Below are positions 25,001 to 38,711 of a stretch of 64,000 bases of DNA, piece by piece. Position numbers and translations under genes: made by a program. Position 1 is the stretch's first letter. The number at the start of each line of letters is the position of its first letter. This DNA comes from the human T2T-CHM13v2.0 reference genome, Homo sapiens, in assembly GCF_009914755.1 (NCBI RefSeq), contig NC_060936.1. One strand, written 5' to 3'. Below the pieces are notes generated by a model. The model was not told the origin of the DNA. It did no database searches and was given only the letters and a program-made list of their open reading frames with translations.

Positions 25001-28000
25001 AAGTAGTTTCTGTGAATGATTCTGTCTAGTTTTTATACGAAGATGTTTCCTTTTCTACCTTTGGTCTCAAAGCGATTGAAATCTCCACATGGAAACTCCA
25101 CAAAAAGAGTGTTTCAAATCTGCTCTTTCTGAAGGAAGGTTCATCTCTGTGAGTTGAATACACACACCACAAATAAGTTACTGAGAATTCTTCTGTGTAA
25201 CATTATATGAGGAAATCCCGTTTCCAACGAAGGCCTCAAAGAGGTCCAAATATCCACTTGCAGACTTTACAAAGACAGTGTTTCCAAACTCCTCCATCAA
25301 AAGAAAGGTTATACTCTGTGAATTGAACGCACACATCACAAAGTAGTTTCTGAGAATGATTCTGTCTAGTTTTTATACGAAGATATTTCCTTTTCTACAT
25401 TTGGCCTAAAAGCGCTTGAAATCTCCACCTGCAAATATCACAAAAAGAGGGTTTCACATCTGCTCTGTCTAAAGGACAGTTCACCTCTGTGAGTTGAATA
25501 GAGGCAACACAAAGAACTTACTCAGTATTCTTCTTTCTAGCGTTCTATGAAGAAATCCCGTTTCCAACGAAGGCCCCAAAGAGGTCCAAATATCTGCTTG
25601 CAGACTTTACAGACAGAGTGTTTCCAAACTACTCTATGAAAAGAAAGCTTAAACTCCTTGAGTTGAACGCACACATCACAAAGTAGTTTCTGAGAATGAT
25701 TCTGTCTAGTTTTTATACGAAGATGTTTCCTTTTCTACATTTGGTCTCAAAGCGATTGAAATCTCCAACTGGAAACTGCACAAATAGGGTGTTTCAAATC
25801 TGCTCTGTCTAAAGGAAGGTTCAACTCTGTGAGGTGAATACACACACCACAAATAAGTTACTGAGAATTCTTCTGTCGAACATTACTTGAAGAAATCCCG
25901 TTTCCAACGAAGGCCTCAAAGAGGTCCAAATATCCACTTGCAGACATTACAAACAGAGTGTTTCCAAACTGCTCCATCAAAAGAAAGGTTAAACTCTGTG
26001 AGCTGAACACACACATCAAAAAGAAGTTTCTGTGAATGATTCTGTCTAGATTTTATAAGAAGATGTTTCCTTTTCTACCGTAGGCCTCAAAGCGCTTGAA
26101 ATCTCCAGCTGCAAATTCCACAAAAAGGGTGTTTAACATCTGCTCTTCTAAAGGAAAGTTCAACTCTATGAGTTGAATACACACAGCACAAAGAAGTTAC
26201 TGAGACTTGTCCTATCAAACATTATATGAAGAAATCCCGTTTCCAACGAAGGCCTCAAAGAGGTCCAAATATCTGCTTGCAGACTTTACAGACAGAGTGT
26301 TTCCAAACTGCTCCATCAAAAGAAAGGTTAACCTCCTTGAGTTGAACACACACATCACAAAGTAGTTTCTGTGAATGATTCTGTCTAGTTTTTATACGAA
26401 GATGTTTCCTTTTCTACCTTTGGTCTCAAAGCGATTGAAATCTCCACATGGAAACTCCACAAAAAGAGTGTTTCAAATCTGCTCTTTCTGAAGGAAGGTT
26501 CATCTCTGTGAGTTGAATACACACACCACAAATAAGTTACTGAGAATTCTTCTGTGTAACATTATATGAGGAAATCCCGTTTCCAACGAAGGCCTCAAAG
26601 AGGTCCAAATATCCACTTGCAGACTTTACAAAGACAGTGTTTCCAAACTCCTCCATCAAAAGAAAGGTTATACTCTGTGAATTGAACGCACACATCACAA
26701 AGTAGTTTCTGAGAATGATTCTGTCTAGTTTTTATACGAAGATATTTCCTTTTCTACATTTGGCCTAAAAGCGCTTGAAATCTCCACCTGCAAATATCAC
26801 AAAAAGAGGGTTTCACATCTGCTCTGTCTAAAGGACAGTTCACCTCTGTGAGTTGAATAGAGGCAACACAAAGAACTTACTCAGTATTCTTCTTTCTAGC
26901 GTTCTATGAAGAAATCCCGTTTCCAACGAAGGCCCCAAAGAGGTCCAAATATCTGCTTGCAGACTTTACAGACAGAGTGTTTCCAAACTACTCTATGAAA
27001 AGAAAGCTTAAACTCCTTGAGTTGAACGCACACATCACAAAGTAGTTTCTGAGAATGATTCTGTCTAGTTTTTATACGAAGATGTTTCCTTTTCTACATT
27101 TGGTCTCAAAGCGATTGAAATCTCCAACTGGAAACTGCACAAATAGGGTGTTTCAAATCTGCTCTGTCTAAAGGAAGGTTCAACTCTGTGAGGTGAATAC
27201 ACACACCACAAATAAGTTACTGAGAATTCTTCTGTCGAACATTACTTGAAGAAATCCCGTTTCCAACGAAGGCCTCAAAGAGGTCCAAATATCCACTTGC
27301 AGACATTACAAACAGAGTGTTTCCAAACTGCTCCATCAAAAGAAAGGTTAAACTCTGTGAGCTGAACACACACATCAAAAAGAAGTTTCTGTGAATGATT
27401 CTGTCTAGATTTTATAAGAAGATGTTTCCTTTTCTACCGTAGGCCTCAAAGCGCTTGAAATCTCCAGCTGCAAATTCCACAAAAAGGGTGTTTAACATCT
27501 GCTCTTCTAAAGGAAAGTTCAACTCTATGAGTTGAATACACACAGCACAAAGAAGTTACTGAGACTTGTCCTATCAAACATTATATGAAGAAATCCCGTT
27601 TCCAACGAAGGCCTCAAAGAGGTCCAAATATCTGCTTGCAGACTTTACAGACAGAGTGTTTCCAAACTGCTCCATCAAAAGAAAGGTTAACCTCCTTGAG
27701 TTGAACACACACATCACAAAGTAGTTTCTGTGAATGATTCTGTCTAGTTTTTATACGAAGATGTTTCCTTTTCTACCTTTGGTCTCAAAGCGATTGAAAT
27801 CTCCACATGGAAACTCCACAAAAAGAGTGTTTCAAATCTGCTCTTTCTGAAGGAAGGTTCATCTCTGTGAGTTGAATACACACACCACAAATAAGTTACT
27901 GAGAATTCTTCTGTGTAACATTATATGAGGAAATCCCGTTTCCAACGAAGGCCTCAAAGAGGTCCAAATATCCACTTGCAGACTTTACAAAGACAGTGTC

Positions 28001-31000
28001 TCCAAACTCCTCCATCAAAAGAAAGGTTATACTCTGTGAATTGAACGCACACATCACAAAGTAGTTTCTGAGAATGATTCTGTCTAGTTTTTATACGAAG
28101 ATATTTCCTTTTCTACATTTGGCCTAAAAGCGCTTGAAATCTCCACCTGCAAATATCACAAAAAGAGGGTTTCACATCTGCTCTGTCTAAAGGACAGTTC
28201 ACCTCTGTGAGTTGAATAGAGGCAACACAAAGAACTTACTCAGTATTCTTCTTTCTAGCGTTCTATGAAGAAATCCCGTTTCCAACGAAGGCCCTAAAGA
28301 GGTCCAAATATCTGCTTGCAGACTTTACAGACAGAGTGTTTCCAAACTACTCTATGAAAAGAAAGCTTAAACTCCTTGAGTTGAACGCACACATCACAAA
28401 GTAGTTTCTGAGAATGATTCTGTCTAGTTTTTATACGAAGATGTTTCCTTTTCTACATTTGGTCTCAAAGCGATTGAAATCTCCAACTGGAAACTGCACA
28501 AATAGGGTGTTTCAAATCTGCTCTGTCTAAAGGAAGGTTCAACTCTGTGAGTTGAATACACACACCACAAATAAGTTACTGAGAATTCTTCTGTCGAACA
28601 TTACTTGAAGAAATCCCGTTTCCAACGAAGGCCTCAAAGAGGTCCAAATATCCACTTGCAGACATTACAAACAGAGTGTTTCCAAACTGCTCCATCAAAA
28701 GAAAGGTTAAACTCTGTGAGCTGAACACACACATCAAAAAGAAGTTTCTGTGAATGATTCTGTCTAGATTTTATAAGAAGATGTTTCCTTTTCTACCGTA
28801 GGCCTCAAACCGCTTGAAATCTCCAGCTGCAAATTCCACAAAAAGAGTGTTTAACATCTGCTCTTCTAAAGGAAAGTTCAACTCTATGAGTTGAATACAC
28901 ACAGCACAAAGAAGTTACTGAGACTTCTCCTATCAAACATTATATGAAGAAATCCCGTTTCCAACGAAGGCCTCAAAGAGGTCCAAATATCTGCTTGCAG
29001 ACTTTACAGACAGAGTGTTTCCAAACTGCTCCATCAAAAGGAAGGTTAACCTCCTTGAGTTGAACACACACATCACAAAGTAGTTTCTGTGAATGATTCT
29101 GTCTAGTTTTTATACGAAGATGTTTCCTTTTCTACCTTTGGTCTCAAAGCGATTGAAATCTCCACATGGAAACTCCACAAAAAGAGTGTTTCAAATCTGC
29201 TCTTTCTGAAGGAAGGTTCATCTCTGTGAGTTGAATACACACACCACAAATAAGTTACTGAGAATTCTTCTGTGTAACATTATATGAGGAAATCCCGTTT
29301 CCAACGAAGGCCTCAAAGAGGTCCAAATATCCACTTGCAGACTTTACAAAGACAGTGTCTCCAAACTCCTCCATCAAAAGAAAGGTTATACTCTGTGAAT
29401 TGAACGCACACATCACAAAGTAGTTTCTGAGAATGATTCTGTCTAGTTTTTATACGAAGATATTTCCTTTTCTACATTTGGCCTAAAAGCGCTTGAAATC
29501 TCCACCTGCAAATATCACAAAAAGAGGGTTTCACATCTGCTCTGTCTAAAGGACAGTTCACCTCTGTGAGTTGAATAGAGGCAACACAAAGAACTTACTC
29601 AGTATTCTTCTTTCTAGCGTTCTATGAAGAAATCCCGTTTCCAACGAAGGCCTCAAAGAGGTCAAATATCTGCTTGCAGACTTTACAGACAGAGTGTTTC
29701 CAAACTACTCTATGAAAAGAAAGCTTAAACTCCTTCAGTTGAACGCACACATCACAAAGTAGTTTCTGAGAATGATTCTGTCTAGTTTTTATACGAAGAT
29801 GTTTCCTTTTCTACATTTGGTCTCAAAGCGATTGAAATCTCCAACTGGAAACTGCACAAATAGGGTGTTTCAAATCTGCTCTGTCTAAAGGAAGGTTCAA
29901 CTCTGTGAGTTGAATACACACACCACAAATAAGTTACTGAGAATTCTTCTGTCGAACATTACTTGAAGAAATCCCGTTTCCAACGAAGGCCTCAAAGAGG
30001 TCCAAATATCCACTTGCAGACATTACAAACAGAGTGTTTCCAAACTGCTCCATCAAAAGAAAGGTTAAACTCTGTGAGCTGAACACACACATCAAAAAGA
30101 AGTTTCTGTGAATGATTCTGTCTAGATTTTATAAGAAGATGTTTCCTTTTCTACCGTAGGCCTCAAAGCGCTTGAAATCTCCAGCTGCAAATTCCACAAA
30201 AAGGGTGTTTAACATCTGCTCTTCTAAAGGAAAGTTCAACTCTATGAGTTGAATACACACAGCACAAAGAAGTTACTGAGACTTCTCCTATCAAACATTA
30301 TATGAAGAAATCCCGTTTTCAACGAAGGCCTCAAAGAGGTCCAAATATCTGCTTGCAGACTTTACAGACAGAGTGTTTCCAAACTGCTCCATCAAAAGAA
30401 AGGTTAAACTCCTTGAGTTGAACACACACATCACAAAGTAGTTTCTGTGAATGATTCTGTCTAGTTTTTATACGAAGATGTTTCCTTTTCTACCTTTGGT
30501 CTCAAAGCGATTGAAATCTCCACATGGAAACTCCACAAAAAGGGTGTTTCAAATCTGCTCTTTCTGAAGGAAGGTTCAACTCTGTGAGTTGAATACACAC
30601 ACCACAAATAAGTTACTGAGAATTCTTCTGTGTAACATTATATGAGGAAATCCCGTTTCCAACGAAGGCCTCAAAGAGGTCCAAATATCCACTTGCAGAC
30701 TTTACAAAGACAGGGTCTCCAAACTCCTCCATCAAAAGAAAGGTTATACTCTGTGAATTGAACGCACACATCACAAAGTAGTTTCTGAGAATGATTCTGT
30801 CTAGTTTTTATACGAAGATATTTCCTTTTCTACATTTGGCCTAAAAGCGCTTGAAATCTCCACCTGCAAATATCACAAAAAGAGGGTTTCACATCTGCTC
30901 TGTCTAAAGGACAGTTCACCTCTGTGAGTTGAATAGAGGCAACACAAAGAACTTACTCAGTATTCTTCTTTCTAGCGTTCTATGAAGAAATCCCGTTTCC

Positions 31001-34000
31001 AACGAAGGCCTCAAAGAGGTCAAATATCTGCTTGCAGACTTTACAGACAGAGTGTTTCCAAACTACTCTATGAAAAGAAAGCTTAAACTCCTTGAGTTGA
31101 ACGCACACATCACAAAGTAGTTTCTGAGAATGATTCTGTCTAGTTTTTATACGAAGATGTTTCCTTTTCTACATTTGGTCTCAAAGCGATTGAAATCTCC
31201 AACTGGAAACTGCACAAATAGGCTGTTTCAAATCTGCTCTGTCTAAAGGAAGGTTCAGCTCTGTGTGTTGAATACACACACCACAAATAAGTTACTGAGA
31301 ATTCTTCTGTCGAACATTACAGGAAGAAATCCCGTTTCCAACGAAGGCCTCAAAGAGGTCCAAATATCCACTTGCGGACATTACAAACAGTGTGTTTCCC
31401 AACTGCTCCATCAAAAGAAAGGTTAAACTCTGTGAGCTGAACACACACATCAAAAAGAAGTTTCTGTGAATGATTCTGTCTAGATTTTATAAGAAGATGT
31501 TTCCTTTTCTACCGTAGGCCTCAAAGCGCTTGAAATCTCCAGCTGCAAATTCCACAAAAAGGGTGTTTAACATCTGCTCTTCTAAAGGAAAGTTCAACTC
31601 TATGAGTTGAATACACACAGCACAAAGAAGTTACTGAGACTTCTCCTATCAAACATTATATGAAGAAATCCCGTTTCCAACGAAGGCCTCAAAGAGGTCC
31701 AAATGTCTGCTTGCAGACTTTACAGACAGAGTGTTTCCAAACTGCTCCATCAAAAGAAAGGTTAAACTCCTTGAGTTGAACACACACATCACAAAGTAGT
31801 TTCTGTGAATGATTCTGTCTAGTTTTTATACGAAGATGTTTCCTTTTCTACCTTTGGTCTCAAAGCGATTGAAATCTCCACATGGAAACTCCACAAAAAG
31901 AGTGTTTCAAATCTGCTCTTTCTGAAGGAAGGTTCAACTCTGTGAGTTGAATACACACACCACAAATAAGTTACTGAGAATTCTTCTGTGTAACATTATA
32001 TGAGGAAATCCCGTTTCCAACGAAGGCCTCAAAGAGGTCCAAATATCCACTTGCAGACTTTACAAAGACAGTGTCTCCCAACTCCTCCATCAAAAGAAAG
32101 GTTATACTCTGTGAATTGAACGCACACATCACAAAGTAGTTTCTGAGAATGATTCTGTCTAGTTTTTATACGAAGATATTTCCTTTTCTACATTTGGCCT
32201 AAAAGCGCTTGAAATCTCCACCTGCAAATATCACAAAAAGAGGGTTTCACATCTGCTCTGTCTAAAGGACAGTTCACCTCTGTGAGTTGAATAGAGGCAA
32301 CACAAAGAACTTACTCAGTATTCTTCTTTCTAGCGTTCTATGAAGAAATCCCGTTTCCAACGAAGGCCTCAAAGAGGTCAAATATCTGCTTGCAGACTTT
32401 ACAGACAGAGTGTTTCCAAACTACTCTATGAAAAGAAAGCTTAAACTCCTTGAGTTGAACGCACACATCACAAAGTAGTTTCTGAGAATGATTCTGTCTA
32501 GTTTTTATACGAAGATGTTTCCTTTTCTACATTTGGTCTCAAAGCTCTTGAAATCTCCAACTGGAAACTGCACAAATAGGCTGTTTCAAATCTGCTCTGT
32601 CTAAAGGAAGGTTCAGCTCTGTGAGTTGAATACACACACCACAAATAAGTTACTGAGAATTCTTCTGTCGAACATTACTTGAAGAAATCCCGTTTCCAAC
32701 GAAGGCCTCAAAGAGGTCCAAATATCCACTTGCAGACGTTACAAACAGAGTGTTTCCAAACTGCTCCATCAAAAGAAAGGTTAAACTCTGTGAGCTGAAC
32801 ACACACATCAAAAAGAAGTTTCTGTGAATGATTCTGTCTAGATTTTATAAGAAGATGTTTCCTTTTCTACCGTAGGCCTCAAAGCGCTTGAAATCTCCAG
32901 CTGCAAATTCCACAAAAAGGGTGTTTAACATCTGCTCTTCTAAAGGAAAGTTCAACTCTATGAGTTGAATACACACAGCACAAAGAAGTTACTGAGACTT
33001 CTCCTATCAAACATTATATGAAGAAATCCCGTTTCCAACGAAGGCCTCAAAGAGGTCCAAATATCTGCTTGCAGACTTTACAGACAGAGTGTTTCCAAAC
33101 TGCTCCATCAAAAGAAAGGTTAAACTCCTTGAGTTGAACACACACATCACAAAGTAGTTTCTGTGAATGATTCTGTCTAGTTTTTATACGAAGATGTTTC
33201 CTTTTCTACCTTTGGTCTCAAAGCGATTGAAATCTCCACATGGAAACTCCACAAAAAGAGTGTTTCAAATCTGCTCTTTCTGAAGGAAGGTTCAACTCTG
33301 TGAGTTGAATACACACACCACAAATAAGTTACTGAGAATTCTTCTGTGTAACATTATATGAGGAAATCCCGTTTCCAACGAAGGCCTCAAAGAGGTCCAA
33401 ATATCCACTTGCAGACTTTACAAAGACAGTGTCTCCAAACTCCTCCATCAAAAGAAAGGTTATACTCTGTGAATTGAACGCACACATCACAAAGTAGTTT
33501 CTGAGAATGATTCTGTCTAGTTTTTATACGAAGATATTTCCTTTTCTACATTTGGCCTAAAAGCGCTTGAAATCTCCACCTGCAAATATCACAAAAAGAG
33601 GGTTTCACATCTGCTCTGTCTAAAGGACAGTTCACCTCTGTGAGTTGAATAGAGGCAACACAAAGAACTTACTCAGTATTCTTCTTTCTAGCGTTCTATG
33701 AAGAAATCCCGTTTCCAACGAAGGCCTCAAAGAGCTCAAATATCTGCTTGCAGACTTTACAGACAGAGTGTTTCCAAACTACTCTATGAAAAGAAAGCTT
33801 AAACTCCTTGAGTTGAACGCACACATCACAAAGTAGTTTCTGAGAATGATTCTGTCTAGTTTTTATACGAAGATGTTTCCTTTTCTACATTTGGTCTCAA
33901 AGCTCTTGAAATCTCCAACTGGAAACTGCACAAATAGGCTGTTTCAAATCTGCTCTGTCTAAAGGAAGGTTCAACTCTGTGAGTTGAATACACACACCAC

Positions 34001-37000
34001 AAATAAGTTACTGAGAATTCTTCTGTCGAACATTACTTGAAGAAATCCCGTTTCCAACGAAGGCCTCAAAGAGGTCCAAATATCCACTTGCAGACGTTAC
34101 AAACAGAGTGTTTCCAAACTGCTCCATCAAAAGAAAGGTTAAACTCTGTGAGCTGAACACACACATCAAAAAGAAGTTTCTGTGAATGATTCTGTCTAGA
34201 TTTTATAAGAAGATGTTTCCTTTTCTACCGTAGGCCTCAAAGCGCTTGAAATCTCCAGCTGCAAATTCCACAAAAAGGGTGTTTAACATCTGCTCTTCTA
34301 AAGGAAAGTTCAACTCTATGAGTTGAATACACACAGCACAAAGAAGTTACTGAGACTTCTCCTATCAAACATTATATGAAGAAATCCCGTTTCCAACGAA
34401 GGCCCCAAAGAGGTCCAAATATCTGCTTGCAGACTTTACAGACAGAGTGTTTCCAAACTGCTCCATCAAAAGAAAGGTTAAACTCCTTGAGTTGAACACA
34501 CACATCACAAAGTAGTTTCTGTGAATGATTCTGTCTAGTTTTTATACGAAGATGTTTCCTTTTCTACCTTTGGTCTCAAAGCGATTGAAATCTCCACATG
34601 GAAACTCCACAAAAAGAGTGTTTCAAATCTGCTCTTTCTGAAGGAAGGTTCAACTCTGTGAGTTGAATACACACACCACAAATAAGTTACTGAGAATTCT
34701 TCTGTGTAACATTATATGAGGAAATCCCGTTTCCAACGAAGGCCTCAAAGAGGTCCAAATATCCACTTGCAGACTTTACAAAGACAGTGTCTCCAAACTC
34801 CTCCATCAAAAGAAAGGTTATACTCTGTGAATTGAACGCACACATCACAAAGTAGTTTCTGAGAATGATTCTGTCTAGTTTTTATACGAAGATATTTCCT
34901 TTTCTACATTTGGCCTAAAAGCGCTTGAAATCTCCACCTGCAAATATCACAAAAAGAGGGTTTCACATCTGCTCTGTCTAAAGGACAGTTCACCTCTGTG
35001 AGTTGAATAGAGGCAACACAAAGAACTTACTCAGTATTCTTCTTTCTAGCGTTCTATGAAGAAATCCCGTTTCCAACGAAGGCCTCAAAGAGGTCAAATA
35101 TCTGCTTGCAGACTTTACAGACAGAGTATTTCCAAACTACTCTATGAAAAGAAAGCTTAAACTCCTTGAGTTGAAAGCACACATCACAAAGTAGTTTCTG
35201 AGAATGATTCTGTCTAGTTTTTATACGAAGATGTTTCCTTTTCTACATTTGGTCTCAAAGCGATTGAAATCTCCAACTGGAAACTGCACAAATAGGCTGT
35301 TTCAAATCTGCTCTGTCTAAAGGAAGGTTCAACTCTGTGAGTTGAATACACACACCACAAATAAGTTACTGAGAATTCTTCTGTCGAACATTACTTGAAG
35401 AAATCCCGTTTCCAACGAAGGCCTCAAAGAGGTCCAAATATCCACTTGCAGACGTTACAAACAGAGTGTTTCCAAACTGCTCCATCAAAAGAAAGGTTAA
35501 ACTCTGTGAGCTGAACACACACATCAAAAAGAAGTTTCTGTGAATGATTCTGTCTAGATTTTATAAGAAGATGTTTCCTTTTCTACCGTAGGCCTCAAAG
35601 CGCTTGAAATCTCCAGCTGCAAATTCCACAAAAAGGGTGTTTAACATCTGCTCTTCTAAAGGAAAGTTCAACTCTATGAGTTGAATACACACAGCACAAA
35701 GAAGTTACTGAGACTTCTCCTATCAAACATTATATGAAGAAATCCCGTTTCCAACGAAGGCCTCAAAGAGGTCCAAATATCTGCTTGCAGACGTTACAGA
35801 CAGAGTGTTTCAAAACTGCTCCATCAAAAGAAAGGTTAACCTCCTTGAGTTGAACACACACATCACAAAGTAGTTTCTGTGAATGATTCTGTCTAGTTTT
35901 TATACGAAGATGTTTCCTTTTCTACCTTTGGTCTCAAAGCGATTGAAATCTCCACATGGAAACTCCACAAAAAGAGTGTTTCAAATCTGCTCTTTCTGAA
36001 GGAAGGTTCATCTCTGTGAGTTGAATACACACACCACAAATAAGTTACTGAGAATTCTTCTGTGTAACATTATATGAGGAAATCCCGTTTCCAACGAAGG
36101 CCTCAAAGAGGTCCAAATATCCACTTGCAGACTTTACAAAGACAGTGTCTCCAAACTCCTCCATCAAAAGAAAGGTTATACTCTGTGAATTGAACGCACA
36201 CATCACAAAGTAGTTTCTGAGAATGATTCTGTCTAGTTTTTATACGAAGATATTTCCTTTTCTACATTTGGCCTAAAAGCGCTTGAAATCTCCACCTGCA
36301 AATATCACAAAAAGAGGGTTTCACATCTGCTCTGTCTAAAGGACAGTTCACCTCTGTGAGTTGAATAGAGGCAACACAAAGAACTTACTCAGTATTCTTC
36401 TTTCTAGCGTTCTATGAAGAAATCCCGTTTCCAACGAAGGCCTCAAAGAGGTCAAATATCTGCTTGCAGAATTTACAGACAGAGTGTTTCCAAACTACTC
36501 TATGAAAAGAAAGCTTAAACTCCTTGAGTTGAAAGCACACATCACAAAGTAGTTTCTGAGAATGATTCTGTCTAGTTTTTATACGAAGATGTTTCCTTTT
36601 CTACATTTGGTCTCAAAGCGATTGAAATCTCCAACTGGAAACTGCACAAATAGGCTGTTTCAAATCTGCTCTGTCTAAAGGAAGGTTCAACTCTGTGAGT
36701 TGAATACACACACCACAAATAAGTTACTGAGAATTCTTCTGTCGAACATTACTTGAAGAAATCCCGTTTCCAACGAAGGCCTCAAAGAGGTCCAAATATC
36801 CACTTGCAGACGTTACAAACAGAGTGTTTCCAAACTGCTCCATCAAAAGAAAGGTTAAACTCTGTGAGCTGAACACACACATCAAAAAGAAGTTTCTGTG
36901 AATGATTCTGTCTAGATTTTATAAGAAGATGTTTCCTTTTCTACCGTAGGCCTCAAAGCGCTTGAAATCTCCAGCTGCAAATTCCACAAAAAGGGTGTTT

Positions 37001-38031
37001 AACATCTGCTCTTCTAAAGGAAAGTTCAACTCTATGAGTTGAATACACACAGCACAAAGAAGTTACTGAGACTTCTCCTATCAAACATTATATGAAGAAA
37101 TCCCGTTTCCAACGAAGGCCTCAAAGAGGTCCAAATATCTGCTTGCAGACGTTACAGACAGAGTGTTTCAAAACTGCTCCATCAAAAGAAAGGTTAACCT
37201 CCTTGAGTTGAACACACACATCACAAAGTAGTTTCTGTGAATGATTCTGTCTAGTTTTTATACGAAGATGTTTCCTTTTCTACCTTTGGTCTCAAAGCGA
37301 TTGAAATCTCCACATGGAAACTCCACAAAAAGAGTGTTTCAAATCTGCTCTTTCTGAAGGAAGGTTCATCTCTGTGAGTTGAATACACACACCACAAATA
37401 AGTTACTGAGAATTCTTCTGTGTAACATTATATGAGGAAATCCCGTTTCCAACGAAGGCCTCAAAGAGGTCCAAATATCCACTTGCAGACTTTACAAAGA
37501 CAGTGTCTCCAAACTCCTCCATCAAAAGAAAGGTTATACTCTGTGAATTGAACGCACACATCACAAAGTAGTTTCTGAGAATGATTCTGTCTAGTTTTTA
37601 TACGAAGATATTTCCTTTTCTACATTTGGCCTAAAAGCGCTTGAAATCTCCACCTGCAAATATCACAAAAAGAGGGTTTCACATCTGCTCTGTCTAAAGG
37701 ACAGTTCACCTCTGTGAGTTGAATAGAGGCAACACAAAGAACTTACTCAGTATTCTTCTTTCTAGGGTTCTATGAAGAAACGCCGTTTCCAACGAAGGCC
37801 CCAAAGAGGTCCAAATATCTGCTTGCAGACTTTACAGACAGAGTGTTTCCAAACTACTCTATGAAAAGAAAGCTTAAACTCCTTGAGTTGAACGCACACA
37901 TCACAAAGTAGTTTCTGAGAATGATTCTGTCTAGTTTTTATACGAAGATGTTTCCTTTTCTACATTTGGTCTCAAAGCGATTGAAATCTCCAACTGGAAA
38001 CTGCACAAATAGGGTGTTTCAAATCTGCTCT

Positions 38032-38711
38032 GTCTAAAGGAAGGTTCATCTCTGTGAGTTGAATACACACACCACAAATAAGTTACTGAGAATTCTTCTG
38101 TGTAACATTATATGAGGAAATCCCGTTTCCAACGAAGGCCTCAAAGAGGTCCAAATATCCACTTGCAGACTTTACAAAGACAGTGTCTCCAAACTCCTCC
38201 ATCAAAAGAAAGGTTATGCTCTGTGAATTCAACGCACACATCACAAAGTAGTTTCTGAGAATGATTCTGTCTAGTTTTTATACGAAGATATTTCCTTTTC
38301 TACATTTGGCCTAAAAGCGCTTGAAATCTCCACCTGCAAATATCACAAAAAGAGGGTTTCACATCTGCTCTGTCTAAAGGACAGTTCACCTCTGTGAGTT
38401 GAATAGAGGCAACACAAAGAACTTACTCAGTATTCTTCTTTCTAGCGTTCTATGAAGAAATCCCGTTTCCAACGAAGGCCCTAAAGAGGTCCAAATATCT
38501 GCTTGCAGACTTTACAGACAGAGTGTTTCCAAACTACTCTATGAAAAGAAAGCTTAAACTCCTTGAGTTGAACGCACACATCACAAAGTAGTTTCTGAGA
38601 ATGATTCTGTCTAGTTTTTATACGAAGATGTTTCCTTTTCTACATTTGGTCTCAAAGCGATTGAAATCTCCAACTGGAAACTGCACAAATAGGGTGTTTC
38701 AAATCTGCTCT
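38032..38711 (-). repeat. 4-monomer (680-bp) HOR structural variant: second half of the HOR only
   Basis: After the HOR start 'gtctaaagg' the sequence reads 'catctc...ctgtgtaac...gaggaaat' (second-half markers). The gtcgaac, ccgtagg and cagctg markers are skipped. The next HOR start is at 38712. Confidence 0.9.
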
